Assembly: GCA_045546975.1 (NCBI GenBank)
Contig: JAZQDV010000010.1
Span: 128,098 to 192,097, forward strand
From: Eubacteriales bacterium
GTDB taxonomy: Bacteria; Bacillota; Clostridia; Oscillospirales; JAAYXM01
Length of the DNA stretch: 64,000 bases
Direction of reading: 5' to 3'
Numbering within the stretch: the first letter of the stretch is position 1; every line of letters begins with the position of its first letter. Shown here in pieces: positions 43,827-54,328 of the stretch. The notes under the pieces are model-generated. The model searched no databases. It was not told the DNA's origin and saw only the letters and a program-made list of their open reading frames with translations. The translations under genes and the position numbers were made by a program.

Positions 43827-44987
43827 ATGAAGCTTTCAAGAAAAACAGACAGTATTGTATACATATCAACTATCTTGTTTTCAATAGTATTTATACTCCT
43901 TGGAAACCTCATCTGCACACCTGAGGACAGCGGAGAGGGTGGAGAGATTTATTACAAGGCAGTAGTAACGGATGTCGGAATTGCAGAAGAAAGTGAGTAT
44001 AGCCTTGACGACGGCGAAACAATGGTTACAAGCAAACGAATACCGTTTTCGGCACTTGTCAAGAACGGGCCGTACAAGGGAGATACAGTCGAAGCGATCC
44101 AGGATGTAGATGATATGTATGCATATCAGCCGCGCGATGTAAAAGTCGGCGATAAAATTCTTATTTCCCGCCCGGGTTACGACGTTCCGGGAGACGGGGA
44201 AGAGTGGGTGCTTATTGAGTACAACAGGATTGACACGCTAATCTGGCTTGTTGCTTCGTTTCTTCTTCTCATAATTTTTATCGGAAGGTTCAAGGGTATA
44301 TCAACGATTATTTCCCTTATCTTTACTGTTCTCGCGATATTCATGATATATATTCCGTCGATTCTCAAAGGGTATAACATATATGTTATGACGATTATAG
44401 TTTCTGTGTTTATAATCTTTATGAGCCTTATTCTCATAAGCGGATGGAATAAGAAAACGCTGTGCGCGATATTTGGAAACATTATGGGAATTGCGATATC
44501 GGGAATTCTTGCTGCAGTTGTGAGCCGCGCGCTGGGGCTTACGGGAATCATCGATCAGGACTATGTGCTTTTAACTCTTATGGAAACCCCGATAGATCTT
44601 CGTGCAATAGTCTGGGGCGGTGTTTGCATCGGTGCTCTTGGTGCGGTTATGGATATTGCGATGTCGATTGCCTCTGCTATGAACGAGCTTAACGATACAA
44701 TGAAGGATAAGTCGTTTTTCAATATGCTTCGCTCTGGTATGAACATCGGACGCGATGCGATAGGAACAATGACGAACACACTTATTCTCGCGTATATCGG
44801 TGGTGCACTTGCAACGGTGCTTCTCCTTGTAATGTATAATAAAAATCTTTATTATCTCTTCAATATGGAGATGATTATGGTAGAGATTCTATCTGCAATC
44901 GTCGGAAGTATGGGTATTCTTGCGGCGGTTCCGGTAACAGCACTTTTCTCTGCGTATGTATTCAACAGAAAATCAAATAATGAATAA
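43827..44987 (+). CDS. YibE/F-family membrane protein
   Basis: 386 aa with an N-terminal TM segment, an extracytoplasmic domain and about 6 further TM segments typical of YibE/F. Confidence 0.65.
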   Translation: MKLSRKTDSIVYISTILFSIVFILLGNLICTPEDSGEGGEIYYKAVVTDVGIAEESEYSLDDGETMVTSKRIPFSALVKNGPYKGDTVEAIQDVDDMYAYQPRDVKVGDKILISRPGYDVPGDGEEWVLIEYNRIDTLIWLVASFLLLIIFIGRFKGISTIISLIFTVLAIFMIYIPSILKGYNIYVMTIIVSVFIIFMSLILISGWNKKTLCAIFGNIMGIAISGILAAVVSRALGLTGIIDQDYVLLTLMETPIDLRAIVWGGVCIGALGAVMDIAMSIASAMNELNDTMKDKSFFNMLRSGMNIGRDAIGTMTNTLILAYIGGALATVLLLVMYNKNLYYLFNMEMIMVEILSAIVGSMGILAAVPVTALFSAYVFNRKSNNE

Positions 44988-45012
44988 AAGAGGGGCAATT
45001 GCCCCTCTTTTA
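44987..45012 (+). terminator. intrinsic terminator
   Basis: AAAGAGGGGC-AATT-GCCCCTCTTT followed by T. Confidence 0.65.
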
Positions 45013-45037
45013 TTCATTAATATATGTAGTGTAGCCG

Positions 45038-45067
45038 TTGACAGAACACATCAAAATATGGTAATAT
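45038..45067 (+). promoter_or_regulatory. sigmaA promoter of the topoisomerase operon
   Basis: TTGACA-N18-TAATAT with a TG extension. Confidence 0.5.
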
Positions 45068-45124
45068 AGTATATGTATAATTAGCTTTGAATCTTGGCGT
45101 GTATACACGCATGGAGGTTTTGAT

Positions 45125-47122
45125 TTGAGCACTAAAGTAATAAAAAAAGAATACGACAACGAAAGTATTTCCTCTCTTAAGGGTGCTGAGCGAGTCAGAA
45201 AACGTCCGTCTGTTATTTTTGGTTCAGACGGTCTTGACGCGTGTGAGCATTCTGCATTCGAAATCGTTTCAAACTCAATTGACGAAGCGCGCGAAGGACA
45301 CGGAGATACTATAATTATAACTCTTTACGAGGACCACTCCATTGAGGTAGAGGACTTTGGCCGCGGTTGTCCCGTTGACTACAACCAGGCGGAAGGCCGT
45401 TACAACTGGGAGCTTGTTTTCTGCGAGCTTTATGCAGGTGGCAAGTATAAAAACAACGAAGGCTCAAACTATGAGTATTCGCTCGGCCTTAACGGACTTG
45501 GTGCCTGTGCAACCCAGTACACGTCAGAGTATATGGATGTTACAGTATGGCGCGACGGAAATAAATACTCTCTCCACTTTGAAAAGGGCGAGAATATCGG
45601 AGGACTTACAACCGAGCCGACCGACCGAAAAAAGACGGGCTCGAGAATTCGTTGGAAGCCGGATATTGAAGTTTTTACAGACGTAAACATACCTGCTGAG
45701 TATTTTGTTGACACCTTAAAGCGCCAGGCCGTTGTGAACGCAGGTATTACTTTCAAGTTCCGCGTTCAGCGCGGCGGAAGCTTTGAGACAAATGAATTCA
45801 AATATGAGCGAGGCATTGAGGACTACGTTGAAGAGCTTGCAGGGGATATGCCCCCGCTTACAAAACCGCTCTTCTGGAGCGCGGAGAGAAAGGGACGTGA
45901 CCGTGAGGACCGTCCTGAGTATAAGGTAAAAATGTCCGTCTGCTTCTGCTTTACAAACACTGCACCGAAGATAGAATATTATCACAACTCCTCGTGGCTT
46001 GAATACGGCGGTGCACCGGATAAGGCGGTAAGGAACGCTTTTGTTTATGCGATAGATAATTTCGCAAAGCAGCACGGCAAATATCAGAAAAACGAAAGTA
46101 AAATAAGCTTTGTGGATGTTTTTGACAGCTTACTTCTTGTTTCGAACAACTTCTCGACAATCGCATCTTATGAAAATCAGACCAAGAAGGCCGTTACAAA
46201 CAAGTTCGTACAGGAAGCAATGACTGAGTTTTTGCGTGCTCAGCTTGAAATTTATTTTATTGAGAATCGCGATGAGGCGACACGTATCTGTGACCAGGTG
46301 CTTGTCAATAAGCGCAGCCGCGAAAGTGCGGAAAAGGAACGTCTCAATATAAAGAAAAAGCTCTCTGCGGGAAACCTTGACATAACAAGCAGAATTCAGA
46401 AGTTTATTGATTGTCGCACAAAAGACCGTGACATCCGTGAGCTTTATATAGTTGAGGGTGATTCTGCGGCAGGTGCATGTAAACAGGGAAGAAGTGCGGA
46501 GTTTCAGGCAATAATGCCGGTGCGAGGTAAAATTCTCAACTGCCTCAAGGCAGATTTAGGCAAGATTTTCAACAGCGATATTATAGTTGACCTTGTAAAG
46601 GTTCTCGGCTGCGGTGTTGAGGTTGAAAGCAAGAAAAATAAGGATTTATCCTCGTTCGACCTTGCAGGACTTCGTTGGAAGCGTGTAATTATCTGTACTG
46701 ATGCCGACGTTGACGGGTTCCAGATAAGAACGCTTATCCTCACAATGATATATCGTCTTATGCCGCAGCTGATACGTGCAGGATATGTGTATATTGCGGA
46801 GTCTCCGCTTTATGAAATCACTTCAGGAGACGATACGTATTTTGCATATTCGGATGCAGAAAAGAATGAAATAGTTGAAAAGCTTGGCAAAGCAAAATAT
46901 ACAGTACAACGAAGCAAGGGTCTTGGTGAAAACGAGCCCGATATGATGTGGCAGACGACGATGAACCCTGAAACACGCCGTCTTATCAAGGTCGTTCCGG
47001 ATATGGCAGAGGCCGCCGTTGCTGAGATGTTTGACCTTCTGCTTGGAGATAACCTTGCAGAACGCAAACAGTATATAGCTGAAAACGGTTGGAAGTACCT
47101 TGATGAAGCCGATGTGTCGTAA
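45125..47122 (+). CDS. parE: type IIA DNA topoisomerase subunit B (topoisomerase IV ParE-like)
   Basis: TTG start behind GGAGG. GHKL ATPase (EIVSNSIDEA, GLNGLGA), Toprim (YIVEGDSAAG, TDADVDG). The ParE versus GyrB call rests only on the absence of dnaA/dnaN/recF context. Confidence 0.75.
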   Translation: MSTKVIKKEYDNESISSLKGAERVRKRPSVIFGSDGLDACEHSAFEIVSNSIDEAREGHGDTIIITLYEDHSIEVEDFGRGCPVDYNQAEGRYNWELVFCELYAGGKYKNNEGSNYEYSLGLNGLGACATQYTSEYMDVTVWRDGNKYSLHFEKGENIGGLTTEPTDRKKTGSRIRWKPDIEVFTDVNIPAEYFVDTLKRQAVVNAGITFKFRVQRGGSFETNEFKYERGIEDYVEELAGDMPPLTKPLFWSAERKGRDREDRPEYKVKMSVCFCFTNTAPKIEYYHNSSWLEYGGAPDKAVRNAFVYAIDNFAKQHGKYQKNESKISFVDVFDSLLLVSNNFSTIASYENQTKKAVTNKFVQEAMTEFLRAQLEIYFIENRDEATRICDQVLVNKRSRESAEKERLNIKKKLSAGNLDITSRIQKFIDCRTKDRDIRELYIVEGDSAAGACKQGRSAEFQAIMPVRGKILNCLKADLGKIFNSDIIVDLVKVLGCGVEVESKKNKDLSSFDLAGLRWKRVIICTDADVDGFQIRTLILTMIYRLMPQLIRAGYVYIAESPLYEITSGDDTYFAYSDAEKNEIVEKLGKAKYTVQRSKGLGENEPDMMWQTTMNPETRRLIKVVPDMAEAAVAEMFDLLLGDNLAERKQYIAENGWKYLDEADVS

Positions 47123-47136
47123 GGGGGGTGTGAGTA

Positions 47137-49359
47137 ATGGCAAGAAAGAAAAAGACAGAAGAAAAACGCGTTTTCGGATTGAGCGCTGAGGTTTTAGAAC
47201 AGCAGATAACCGAAACTCTTGAAAAAAACTACATGCCGTATGCTATGTCTGTCATAATCTCACGAGCAATCCCTGAGATTGACGGATTCAAGCCCTCACA
47301 CAGAAAGCTCCTCTATACAATGTATTCCATGGGACTTCTCAATGGGAGCCGAACAAAATCCGCAAACGTAGTCGGTCAGACGATGAAGCTAAACCCCCAC
47401 GGCGATGCGGCAATATATGAAACGATGGTCCGTCTTTCACGCGGATATGAGGCGCTCAATTTCCCGTTTGTAGATTCAAAGGGTAACTTTGGTAAGGTAT
47501 ATTCACGTGATATGGCATACGCTGCATCGCGTTATACTGAGGTCAAGCTTGCACCCATATGTGCTGAACTTTTCCGTGATATTCGAGATACGGTTGATTT
47601 TGTACCGAACTACGACAATAGCCTTGAAGAGCCGACACTTCTCCCGACGGAGTTTCCGAATATCCTTGTTTCGGCAAACACGGGTATCGCCGTCGGTATG
47701 GCATCGAATATCTGCGGATTTAACCTTACTGAGGTTTGCCGTACGGCAATCGAGCTTATAAGAAATCCAGAGCACGATATAGCATCAACTCTTCTCGCTC
47801 CCGATTTTCCGACAGGTGCTGAACTCATCTACGACAAGGAAACGATTGAGAATATCTATAAAACGGGAAGAGGTTCGTTTAAGCTCCGTGCACGCTGGAA
47901 CTTTGATAAGTCCAACAATCTCATCGAGGTTTTTGAAATTCCGTATACAACGACGATTGAGGCCATAATTGACAAAGTAAGCGAGCTTGTAAAGGCAGGA
48001 AAGCTTCGCGAGGTCTCCGATATGCGAGATGAGTCAGACAAGGAAGGCTTAAAGCTTGCAATAGAGCTTAAGCGCGGTGTTGACCCTGAAAAGCTTATGC
48101 AGAAGCTCTTTAAGATGACACCGCTTATGGATTCATATTCCTGCAACTTCAACGTACTTATTGGTGGAAATCCAATGGTGCTTGGCGTCCGTGAGCTTTT
48201 AAGTGAATGGACTGCGTGGAGAAGTGAATGCGTAAAGCGCAGAATCTATGCTGAGCTTAAGAGAAAGAAAGACAAGCTTCATAAATTAAAGGGACTTAAA
48301 AAGATTCTTCTCGATATCGACCGTGCGATTGCGATAATCCGCGAAACAGAGGAAGAAAGTGAAGTTGTACCGAATCTTATGATAGGCTTCGGTATAGACG
48401 AGATTCAGGCAGAATACGTCGCTGAAATCAAGCTTCGCAATATAAATAAAGAGTATATTATAAAGCGCGTTGCAGAAACAGAAGAGCTCTCACGCGAGAT
48501 AGAGGACCTTGAGGAAACGCTTTCGAGCAAGGCTAGAATAAAAAATCTTATTATCAAGGGTCTTGAGGAGATAATCAAAAAATACGATGCTCCGAGAAAA
48601 ACTCAGATAATCTACAGCGACGATGTAGTTGAGTTTGACGAGGTGGAAACCGTAGAGGATTATCCCGTACACGTATTCCTCTCCAGAGAGAGCTACTTCA
48701 AGAAGATTACTCCGCTTTCCCTCCGCATGGGTGGAGAGCAGAAGTACAAGGATAATGACTCCTTGCGCTCAACGATTGAGATGACAAACCGCGGAGAACT
48801 TATGTTCTTTACGGATAAATGTCAGGTTTACAAAGTGAAGGTATCTGACTTTACAGACACAAAAGCCAGTGTTCTTGGCGACTTCCTGCCGGCAAAGCTT
48901 GGTATGGACGAGGGAGAGCAGGTTATCTTTATGTGTAACCCGGGAGATTATAAAGGACACCTCATATTTGTTTTTGAGAACGGAAAGGTAGCACGCGTTG
49001 AGCTTTCTTCATACGAGACCAAGACAAACAGAAAACGCCTTACCGGTGCATTTTCCGATAAGAGCCCGATAGTAGAAATATTTATGATTTTGGGCGATGA
49101 GGAGTTTGTTATGTACTCCACGGAAAACCGTGCACTTATTTTCAATACCGCGCTTCTCGCACCAAAGACTTCACGTTCTACACAGGGTGTCGCGGTTATG
49201 AAGCTTAAGACGAAATACAAAATCAAATATGCATGCTCTGTCGCGGATTCGGGGATAAAGGATGCATCCCGCTACAAGGTACGAAACCTTCCTGCAACGG
49301 GCGCGCGTTTGACTGAGGACGAACGACTCGACGAGCAGATGTCACTCTTTGCAGAATAA
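47137..49359 (+). CDS. parC: type IIA DNA topoisomerase subunit A (ParC-like)
   Basis: Contains YAMSVIISRAIPEIDGFKPSHRK, and the catalytic Tyr region AASRYTE. 740 aa. No obvious GyrA box seen. Confidence 0.75.
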   Translation: MARKKKTEEKRVFGLSAEVLEQQITETLEKNYMPYAMSVIISRAIPEIDGFKPSHRKLLYTMYSMGLLNGSRTKSANVVGQTMKLNPHGDAAIYETMVRLSRGYEALNFPFVDSKGNFGKVYSRDMAYAASRYTEVKLAPICAELFRDIRDTVDFVPNYDNSLEEPTLLPTEFPNILVSANTGIAVGMASNICGFNLTEVCRTAIELIRNPEHDIASTLLAPDFPTGAELIYDKETIENIYKTGRGSFKLRARWNFDKSNNLIEVFEIPYTTTIEAIIDKVSELVKAGKLREVSDMRDESDKEGLKLAIELKRGVDPEKLMQKLFKMTPLMDSYSCNFNVLIGGNPMVLGVRELLSEWTAWRSECVKRRIYAELKRKKDKLHKLKGLKKILLDIDRAIAIIRETEEESEVVPNLMIGFGIDEIQAEYVAEIKLRNINKEYIIKRVAETEELSREIEDLEETLSSKARIKNLIIKGLEEIIKKYDAPRKTQIIYSDDVVEFDEVETVEDYPVHVFLSRESYFKKITPLSLRMGGEQKYKDNDSLRSTIEMTNRGELMFFTDKCQVYKVKVSDFTDTKASVLGDFLPAKLGMDEGEQVIFMCNPGDYKGHLIFVFENGKVARVELSSYETKTNRKRLTGAFSDKSPIVEIFMILGDEEFVMYSTENRALIFNTALLAPKTSRSTQGVAVMKLKTKYKIKYACSVADSGIKDASRYKVRNLPATGARLTEDERLDEQMSLFAE

Positions 49360-49375
49360 TTCACAACAATACAAA

Positions 49376-49409
49376 ACAACCTATACCCTTATGGGTATAG
49401 GCTGTTTTT
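49376..49409. terminator. bidirectional intrinsic terminator
   Basis: CCTATACCC-TTAT-GGGTATAGG followed by CTGTTTTT. Confidence 0.7.
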
Positions 49410-49420
49410 AATTTAAGATG

Positions 49421-50785
49421 TTATTTGTAATACTTCTTCATTTTTTCATTGATGGGAAGGTCAAGTATATCCTTGACAAGCTTTTCTGCCTGCGCTCTTG
49501 ACTTTGACCAGGGGTCCATCAATACCATATCAACGAGATGTTCAAGGCTGTGATTTTCGAATGCGGCAAGCTCCATTTCAACAGATGCAATTCTGTCGCG
49601 AAGCAAATGAGACATTATCGGCTTCGGCAATCCGTCGTTATGGATCGGATGAATTCCGTGTTTGTCTACTCGGGCTGCAATTTCAACCTCATAATCTGTA
49701 GGCAAGCCTTTCATATATCCGCCATCATTGAGTATGTTCACAACAACCTTGGTGTCTGTGTCAAATGCAAGTCCTTCCATAAGCGGAATCATCGGCTCGG
49801 GGGAGGCATCAACTGAGAATACATCGCTTACTTTTCTGGAGGAGTCTTTTACTATGTCGCTAAGCTCCTTTGTGAATTCGTCGTTGATTTTGAAGAGTTT
49901 CTGATACCACTGATACGGCTCGCACTGGTAAAATTCTTCCATACTCTCATCGGTATGATATTCCCAACCCCATGCACCGCCGCCTGAGCTTGGTGTATCG
50001 CCTATCGGGAACAAGCCAAATCTTTTGTACTGGTCAACCGCTTTTCTGCTGAGCTCATCAGCGGAAAGACCGAATTTTTCAAGTGCTTCACCCTCGGCAA
50101 TCAAACCGTCGTGCTCTTCAATCCATTTATCAAGGAGGGGATAAGCATTTTCGCCTTTATACCTGAAGCTTGTAAGCCATATAAAGTGGTTTACACCTGA
50201 AATTTCAAAGGACACATCCTTGCGGTCAAGACCCATGGCATCGGTGATTTTATAAACGCCATTGAAGCCGTGGCACATACCTACAATCTTTGCATCCTTA
50301 TACTTTCTCTTGAGATAGGTAACGCCAGCCTGTACAGGGTTTGCAACAAGAATATAATACGCATTAGGCGCAATTTCGAGCATATCAGTAAGAATATCTT
50401 CCATGAGGCTGAGCTGGTGGAAGTTGATATAAAATCCTTCATCGTGACATACGTGAAGACTTCCTCCGAAGCGATAGCCATTGTTGTAGGCTACTTCAAT
50501 GCACCGCTTGAAACGCTCATGACCACCGTCGAGGGCAACGTTCAGAACGAAGTCTGCACCCTTCATGCCCTCAATTCTGTCCTTTGTTTTAACAATGTTA
50601 ATATCAGCGCCAAGCTCTTCCTTGTATCTCGTGCAAAGACCGTATATTGCATTGAGACGGTCATCGTTTATATCGACGAGAGTAACCGTAGAACCCTTAA
50701 AATGCTCATTAATACAAACGTCTTTGACAAGGTTTACCGAGAAAGATGCGCTTCCTGCACCTATAATACAAATTTTAACAGACAC
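49421..50785 (-). CDS. family 4 glycoside hydrolase (NAD/Mn-dependent)
   Basis: N-terminal ICIIGAGSASF Rossmann motif and GH4 signature region YILVANPVQAGVTYLKRKYKDAKIVGMCHG. Confidence 0.8.
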   Translation of the reverse strand: MSVKICIIGAGSASFSVNLVKDVCINEHFKGSTVTLVDINDDRLNAIYGLCTRYKEELGADINIVKTKDRIEGMKGADFVLNVALDGGHERFKRCIEVAYNNGYRFGGSLHVCHDEGFYINFHQLSLMEDILTDMLEIAPNAYYILVANPVQAGVTYLKRKYKDAKIVGMCHGFNGVYKITDAMGLDRKDVSFEISGVNHFIWLTSFRYKGENAYPLLDKWIEEHDGLIAEGEALEKFGLSADELSRKAVDQYKRFGLFPIGDTPSSGGGAWGWEYHTDESMEEFYQCEPYQWYQKLFKINDEFTKELSDIVKDSSRKVSDVFSVDASPEPMIPLMEGLAFDTDTKVVVNILNDGGYMKGLPTDYEVEIAARVDKHGIHPIHNDGLPKPIMSHLLRDRIASVEMELAAFENHSLEHLVDMVLMDPWSKSRAQAEKLVKDILDLPINEKMKKYYK

Positions 50786-50797
50786 TCTGTTCTCTCC

Positions 50798-51490
50798 TTA
50801 AAATTCTGGATTGTAATACTCCTCTATTTTTTCATAGCAGAGCTTATAAACTCTTAAGTTTTTGAACTTCCACCAGCTTGAGTATGCTTCAAAGCCGATT
50901 TTGCCGTATTTGTCAACGTCGAGCGGGTCGGGGTCTGATATTTCAAGACAGAGCTTGTCATCAACAAGCACAAAAACCTTTCCGTCGACATTTCCCATCT
51001 TAAAGTTGTGCTCGGCATCGGGATCAAAGTCAAACAACGGAGTTGCGGCGGTCAGCTTATATTCCGGCGATTTTTCAAAGCCTACATTTCCGTGCCAGAA
51101 TGCTTCCACACCTGCTACATACGCATTGCCGCGAATGTCTTTTTCTTCATCCCATTCACCGTTTATCATGACGTTGATATCGTGCGTTGCAGGGGCTATC
51201 AATTTGGCTGTGATTTCAACCATAACATTTCCGAAAAAGTCATTCTTCGAAATAATCAAACCGGGACACATTTTCGGGTTTTTGCCAACAACCCAACCGT
51301 CCTCTGTGTACCATTCGCCCGTCTTTACGATAAAGTTTTCCTCAAAGGTGCATTCGTCAAAGTTGTCAACACTGTGAATAAGGCTTGAGTTTTTAAGGTC
51401 AACATCGAAAAATGCGAGCTTTATCATACCGTCGGCAATAGATTTGTTTATTTCAGCACCGCGTTCAAATCTTTTCAGTTCTTTTCGCAT
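50798..51490 (-). CDS. DUF1961-like (YesU-like, ConA-type lectin/glucanase fold) protein
   Basis: Start moved to ATG 51490 (SD AGGAGA). About 230 aa. The motifs THDINVM, GFEKSPEYK and GFEAY are as I recall them for YesU-type proteins. Assignment tentative. Confidence 0.5.
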   Translation of the reverse strand: MRKELKRFERGAEINKSIADGMIKLAFFDVDLKNSSLIHSVDNFDECTFEENFIVKTGEWYTEDGWVVGKNPKMCPGLIISKNDFFGNVMVEITAKLIAPATHDINVMINGEWDEEKDIRGNAYVAGVEAFWHGNVGFEKSPEYKLTAATPLFDFDPDAEHNFKMGNVDGKVFVLVDDKLCLEISDPDPLDVDKYGKIGFEAYSSWWKFKNLRVYKLCYEKIEEYYNPEF

Positions 51491-51501
51491 GCTATATCTC
51501 C

Positions 51502-52848
51502 TTAGCAAACAACTTCGATGTCAAGGAGGTTACATACTTCCTTTACTTTCTCAACGTAATCGCCGAATACCATAATAACATGCTGTCCCGGAACCTTATC
51601 GAGATATTCGTTCATGGGCATTTCGAGCTCTAAAAGTGCAGCAGGGAAGTCAGGTGTCGGCTCTTCCCAGCCAAGCTCTGTCCACTTGGAGTTCGTCTTT
51701 GTTGTTCCGTGCTGTAAGAAGAGCTTGAACTTTCCGTTGTCGGAGTAGAATCTTCCGTATGTAACTTCTCCGCACTTGAGCTTTGATACATTGCTTATGC
51801 CGGTGTTGTACTCACCGAGATTTGCAGATCTGATCTTGAAGTCACCGTCGATAAAGTCCTTCGGAATAAATCCGCAAACGCCGACTAAAACATCGTTGTC
51901 GAAAACTTCATAGTGCTCAACGAAAGCTGAGGTGTTTCCTGTAACGGTTGAGAGAATTATGCTTGTTACGAGCCCGTAAGCATCACATTCACAGATGACT
52001 GACAAATCCTTATCAGCGAGGAGTGACTGAGCGAGACACGGGTTGAATCCGAGCTTTGTAATACCGTCAACACACTTTACGGAAATAGCATCAAGCTGTC
52101 TGCCGTCTGCCTGATCCTTCATGGCGAGATAAAGTCTTGTTACTCTTTCAAGAGTGTTGTCAGGAACATTGTTCTGAGCCTTTGTTGTTTTCTTTATCCA
52201 GTCCATTGTTTCCTTTACCCTCTCGTCAGGGAAAGCGTCCATAAGGTTTGCGATTCTGTATCCGTCATAGTTTTCGATATCAATTCCAAGCTTCTTGAAT
52301 AAAGCTGTTTTGTCATATGCACAGGTGTAGAGTCCCATATCTGCATATCCGATAAGGCCGATTCTTGAGGACTTTATTTTCTTTGCGCAGCTTACGGAAT
52401 GGATATAGTCTGCAACTTCTGCAAATGCATGCTCGCTGTCCGGCTTTTCCATTACAATCTTATACTTGAATCCCATTTCCTTTACGATCGGAACAAAGCC
52501 TGTGACGCCTGCACCGGCTGCAGGAGCGTGAAGCTTACCTGTTTTATCGGTAAATCCGCCAACGCCCCATATAAGAAGGGGGACATCACGGAAATTCTTT
52601 AAGATATGCATGATATTTATTGTAATATGCCAAGATACAAAGTCGATTACGAACAAATCAACGCTTTTTCCTGCAAGTGCATTTGCTACTTTTTCTGCAT
52701 CCTGGAAATTCATTACAGTAAAGCAGTCAATTACATTACAGTCCATTTTTTTGACTTCTGCTTCAAGACCTGCAATCACCTTTGCAAGGTAATCCTGCGG
52801 ATACTGCTGTTCTCCTACGCTTAACATTACTACGTTTGCTTTTTCCAT
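51502..52848 (-). CDS. L-fucose/L-arabinose isomerase-family protein
   Basis: 448 aa with an N-terminal flavodoxin-like swivel domain and a C-terminal FucI/AraA-like domain. Substrate unknown. Confidence 0.6.
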   Translation of the reverse strand: MEKANVVMLSVGEQQYPQDYLAKVIAGLEAEVKKMDCNVIDCFTVMNFQDAEKVANALAGKSVDLFVIDFVSWHITINIMHILKNFRDVPLLIWGVGGFTDKTGKLHAPAAGAGVTGFVPIVKEMGFKYKIVMEKPDSEHAFAEVADYIHSVSCAKKIKSSRIGLIGYADMGLYTCAYDKTALFKKLGIDIENYDGYRIANLMDAFPDERVKETMDWIKKTTKAQNNVPDNTLERVTRLYLAMKDQADGRQLDAISVKCVDGITKLGFNPCLAQSLLADKDLSVICECDAYGLVTSIILSTVTGNTSAFVEHYEVFDNDVLVGVCGFIPKDFIDGDFKIRSANLGEYNTGISNVSKLKCGEVTYGRFYSDNGKFKLFLQHGTTKTNSKWTELGWEEPTPDFPAALLELEMPMNEYLDKVPGQHVIMVFGDYVEKVKEVCNLLDIEVVC

Positions 52849-52860
52849 GTTTTTCGTTGT

Positions 52861-54315
52861 TTACTCCTCCATATTTAATGTATTTTTTTTGTATTTATTA
52901 AATCCTTTATCATACGCTGCGAAATTGCTTTCATCAGGCTCAACCCTGCGGCTTGTGATGCTGCATTTTGCAACTGCATCCTCAACCGAGCTGTATACCC
53001 CCGTTGCAACCGATGCAATCATTGCTGCTCCCAAAGCTGTTGTCTGGGCGTAATCAATGCAAATTATGCTCTTTTTGCACACATCTGCTTTAATTCGACA
53101 CCATATAGGGCTGTAGGAACCGCCGCCGAGAGAGTATATTTCCTTTATGGTAATGTTTTTGTTTTCTACAAGCTCTGTGATTTCCCGCAACATATACGCT
53201 ACGCCCTCAAGGACGCTTCTTGCCATATCTGAAATGCTTGTTGCAAGATTAAGTCCAACAAAAGCTCCTTGCTCGGAAAGGTGAGGGATCATAATTACAC
53301 CGCCACTTCCGGGTGATGACTTCTCAGCCATACGGTCGATATACTCGTATGCCGAAAGCCCGTTCTTTTTTCCTTCCTCTGCTGCATAAGGCATAAGGTT
53401 GTCTCTGAACCATTTAAGTGTCATTCCGGCAGTGCTGAAATACGGAATATATATAAATTTATCATCAAAATGTCTGTAAACGGTTACGGGGTTATCAAGG
53501 TCGAAAACCGGTGTTTTTGTTGTCACTCCAGCAACAAGTGCAGTTCCCGTTGTTTCTGTAAAAATTCCCTCTTTTACATTTCCGACGGCAACTGCTGAGG
53601 AAATCTGATCCATTGCGCCGGTTACGACTACTGTGTTCTCCGAAAAACCGAAGTCTTTATGTACTGTTCCGACGATCGTTCCGCAGGGCAGAATATCGGG
53701 TAATTTCTCGGAAGAAATATTGCAGACGTCAATCATTTCATCAAACAGTTTATCGTTTACTATGTCATACCATCCGGTAGACGACTGGAGAGATTTTTCT
53801 GATACAAATTTTCCTGTTAATTTGTAGATGAGATAATCTTCAAGCAAAAGGATTTTGTGCGTATTATTATAGATCTCCGGACGGTTTTTACCGATCCACA
53901 TAATTTTTGCTGCCGGCAAAGCTCCGTCGATATCACACAAACCCGTTGTGCTGTACATATCCTGTCTTGCAATTTTCGTTTTGATGTATTCAGCTTCTTC
54001 TGTTGCTCTTGTATCCAACCAGACAATGGCAGGGCAGAGGGGAACTCCGTTTTTATCTACTAAAATCAAAGTTTCGCCCTGAGTTGTAAATACGATTGAA
54101 CTTATATCTTTAAGGTTTGTTCCTGACTCCTTTATGTCTTTTATGCAGTTGCAAAAAGTGTCAAAATAAACCTCGGCTTCGAGTTCGGCAATTCCTTCGC
54201 CTTTTGCATCTATGTTATATTCTTTGTTCGCATAGAACAACTCTTTGAAATCTTTATCATATAAAATACATTTCATAGCCGTTGTTCCGACGTCAAAACT
54301 TAAAATATGGTTCAT
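52861..54315 (-). CDS. FGGY-family carbohydrate kinase
   Basis: Start moved to ATG 54315 (SD AGGAGG). ILSFDVGTTAMK phosphate-1 motif and C-terminal GGGSYSPIW. Confidence 0.8.
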   Translation of the reverse strand: MNHILSFDVGTTAMKCILYDKDFKELFYANKEYNIDAKGEGIAELEAEVYFDTFCNCIKDIKESGTNLKDISSIVFTTQGETLILVDKNGVPLCPAIVWLDTRATEEAEYIKTKIARQDMYSTTGLCDIDGALPAAKIMWIGKNRPEIYNNTHKILLLEDYLIYKLTGKFVSEKSLQSSTGWYDIVNDKLFDEMIDVCNISSEKLPDILPCGTIVGTVHKDFGFSENTVVVTGAMDQISSAVAVGNVKEGIFTETTGTALVAGVTTKTPVFDLDNPVTVYRHFDDKFIYIPYFSTAGMTLKWFRDNLMPYAAEEGKKNGLSAYEYIDRMAEKSSPGSGGVIMIPHLSEQGAFVGLNLATSISDMARSVLEGVAYMLREITELVENKNITIKEIYSLGGGSYSPIWCRIKADVCKKSIICIDYAQTTALGAAMIASVATGVYSSVEDAVAKCSITSRRVEPDESNFAAYDKGFNKYKKNTLNMEE

Positions 54316-54328
54316 AAAGCCCTCCTTC

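Noticed and set aside
45097-45110. Perfect 14-nt palindrome GCGTGTATACACGC just before the parE-like SD
   Set aside because: It is real but short. It could be a small leader hairpin, and nothing else supports a regulatory role.
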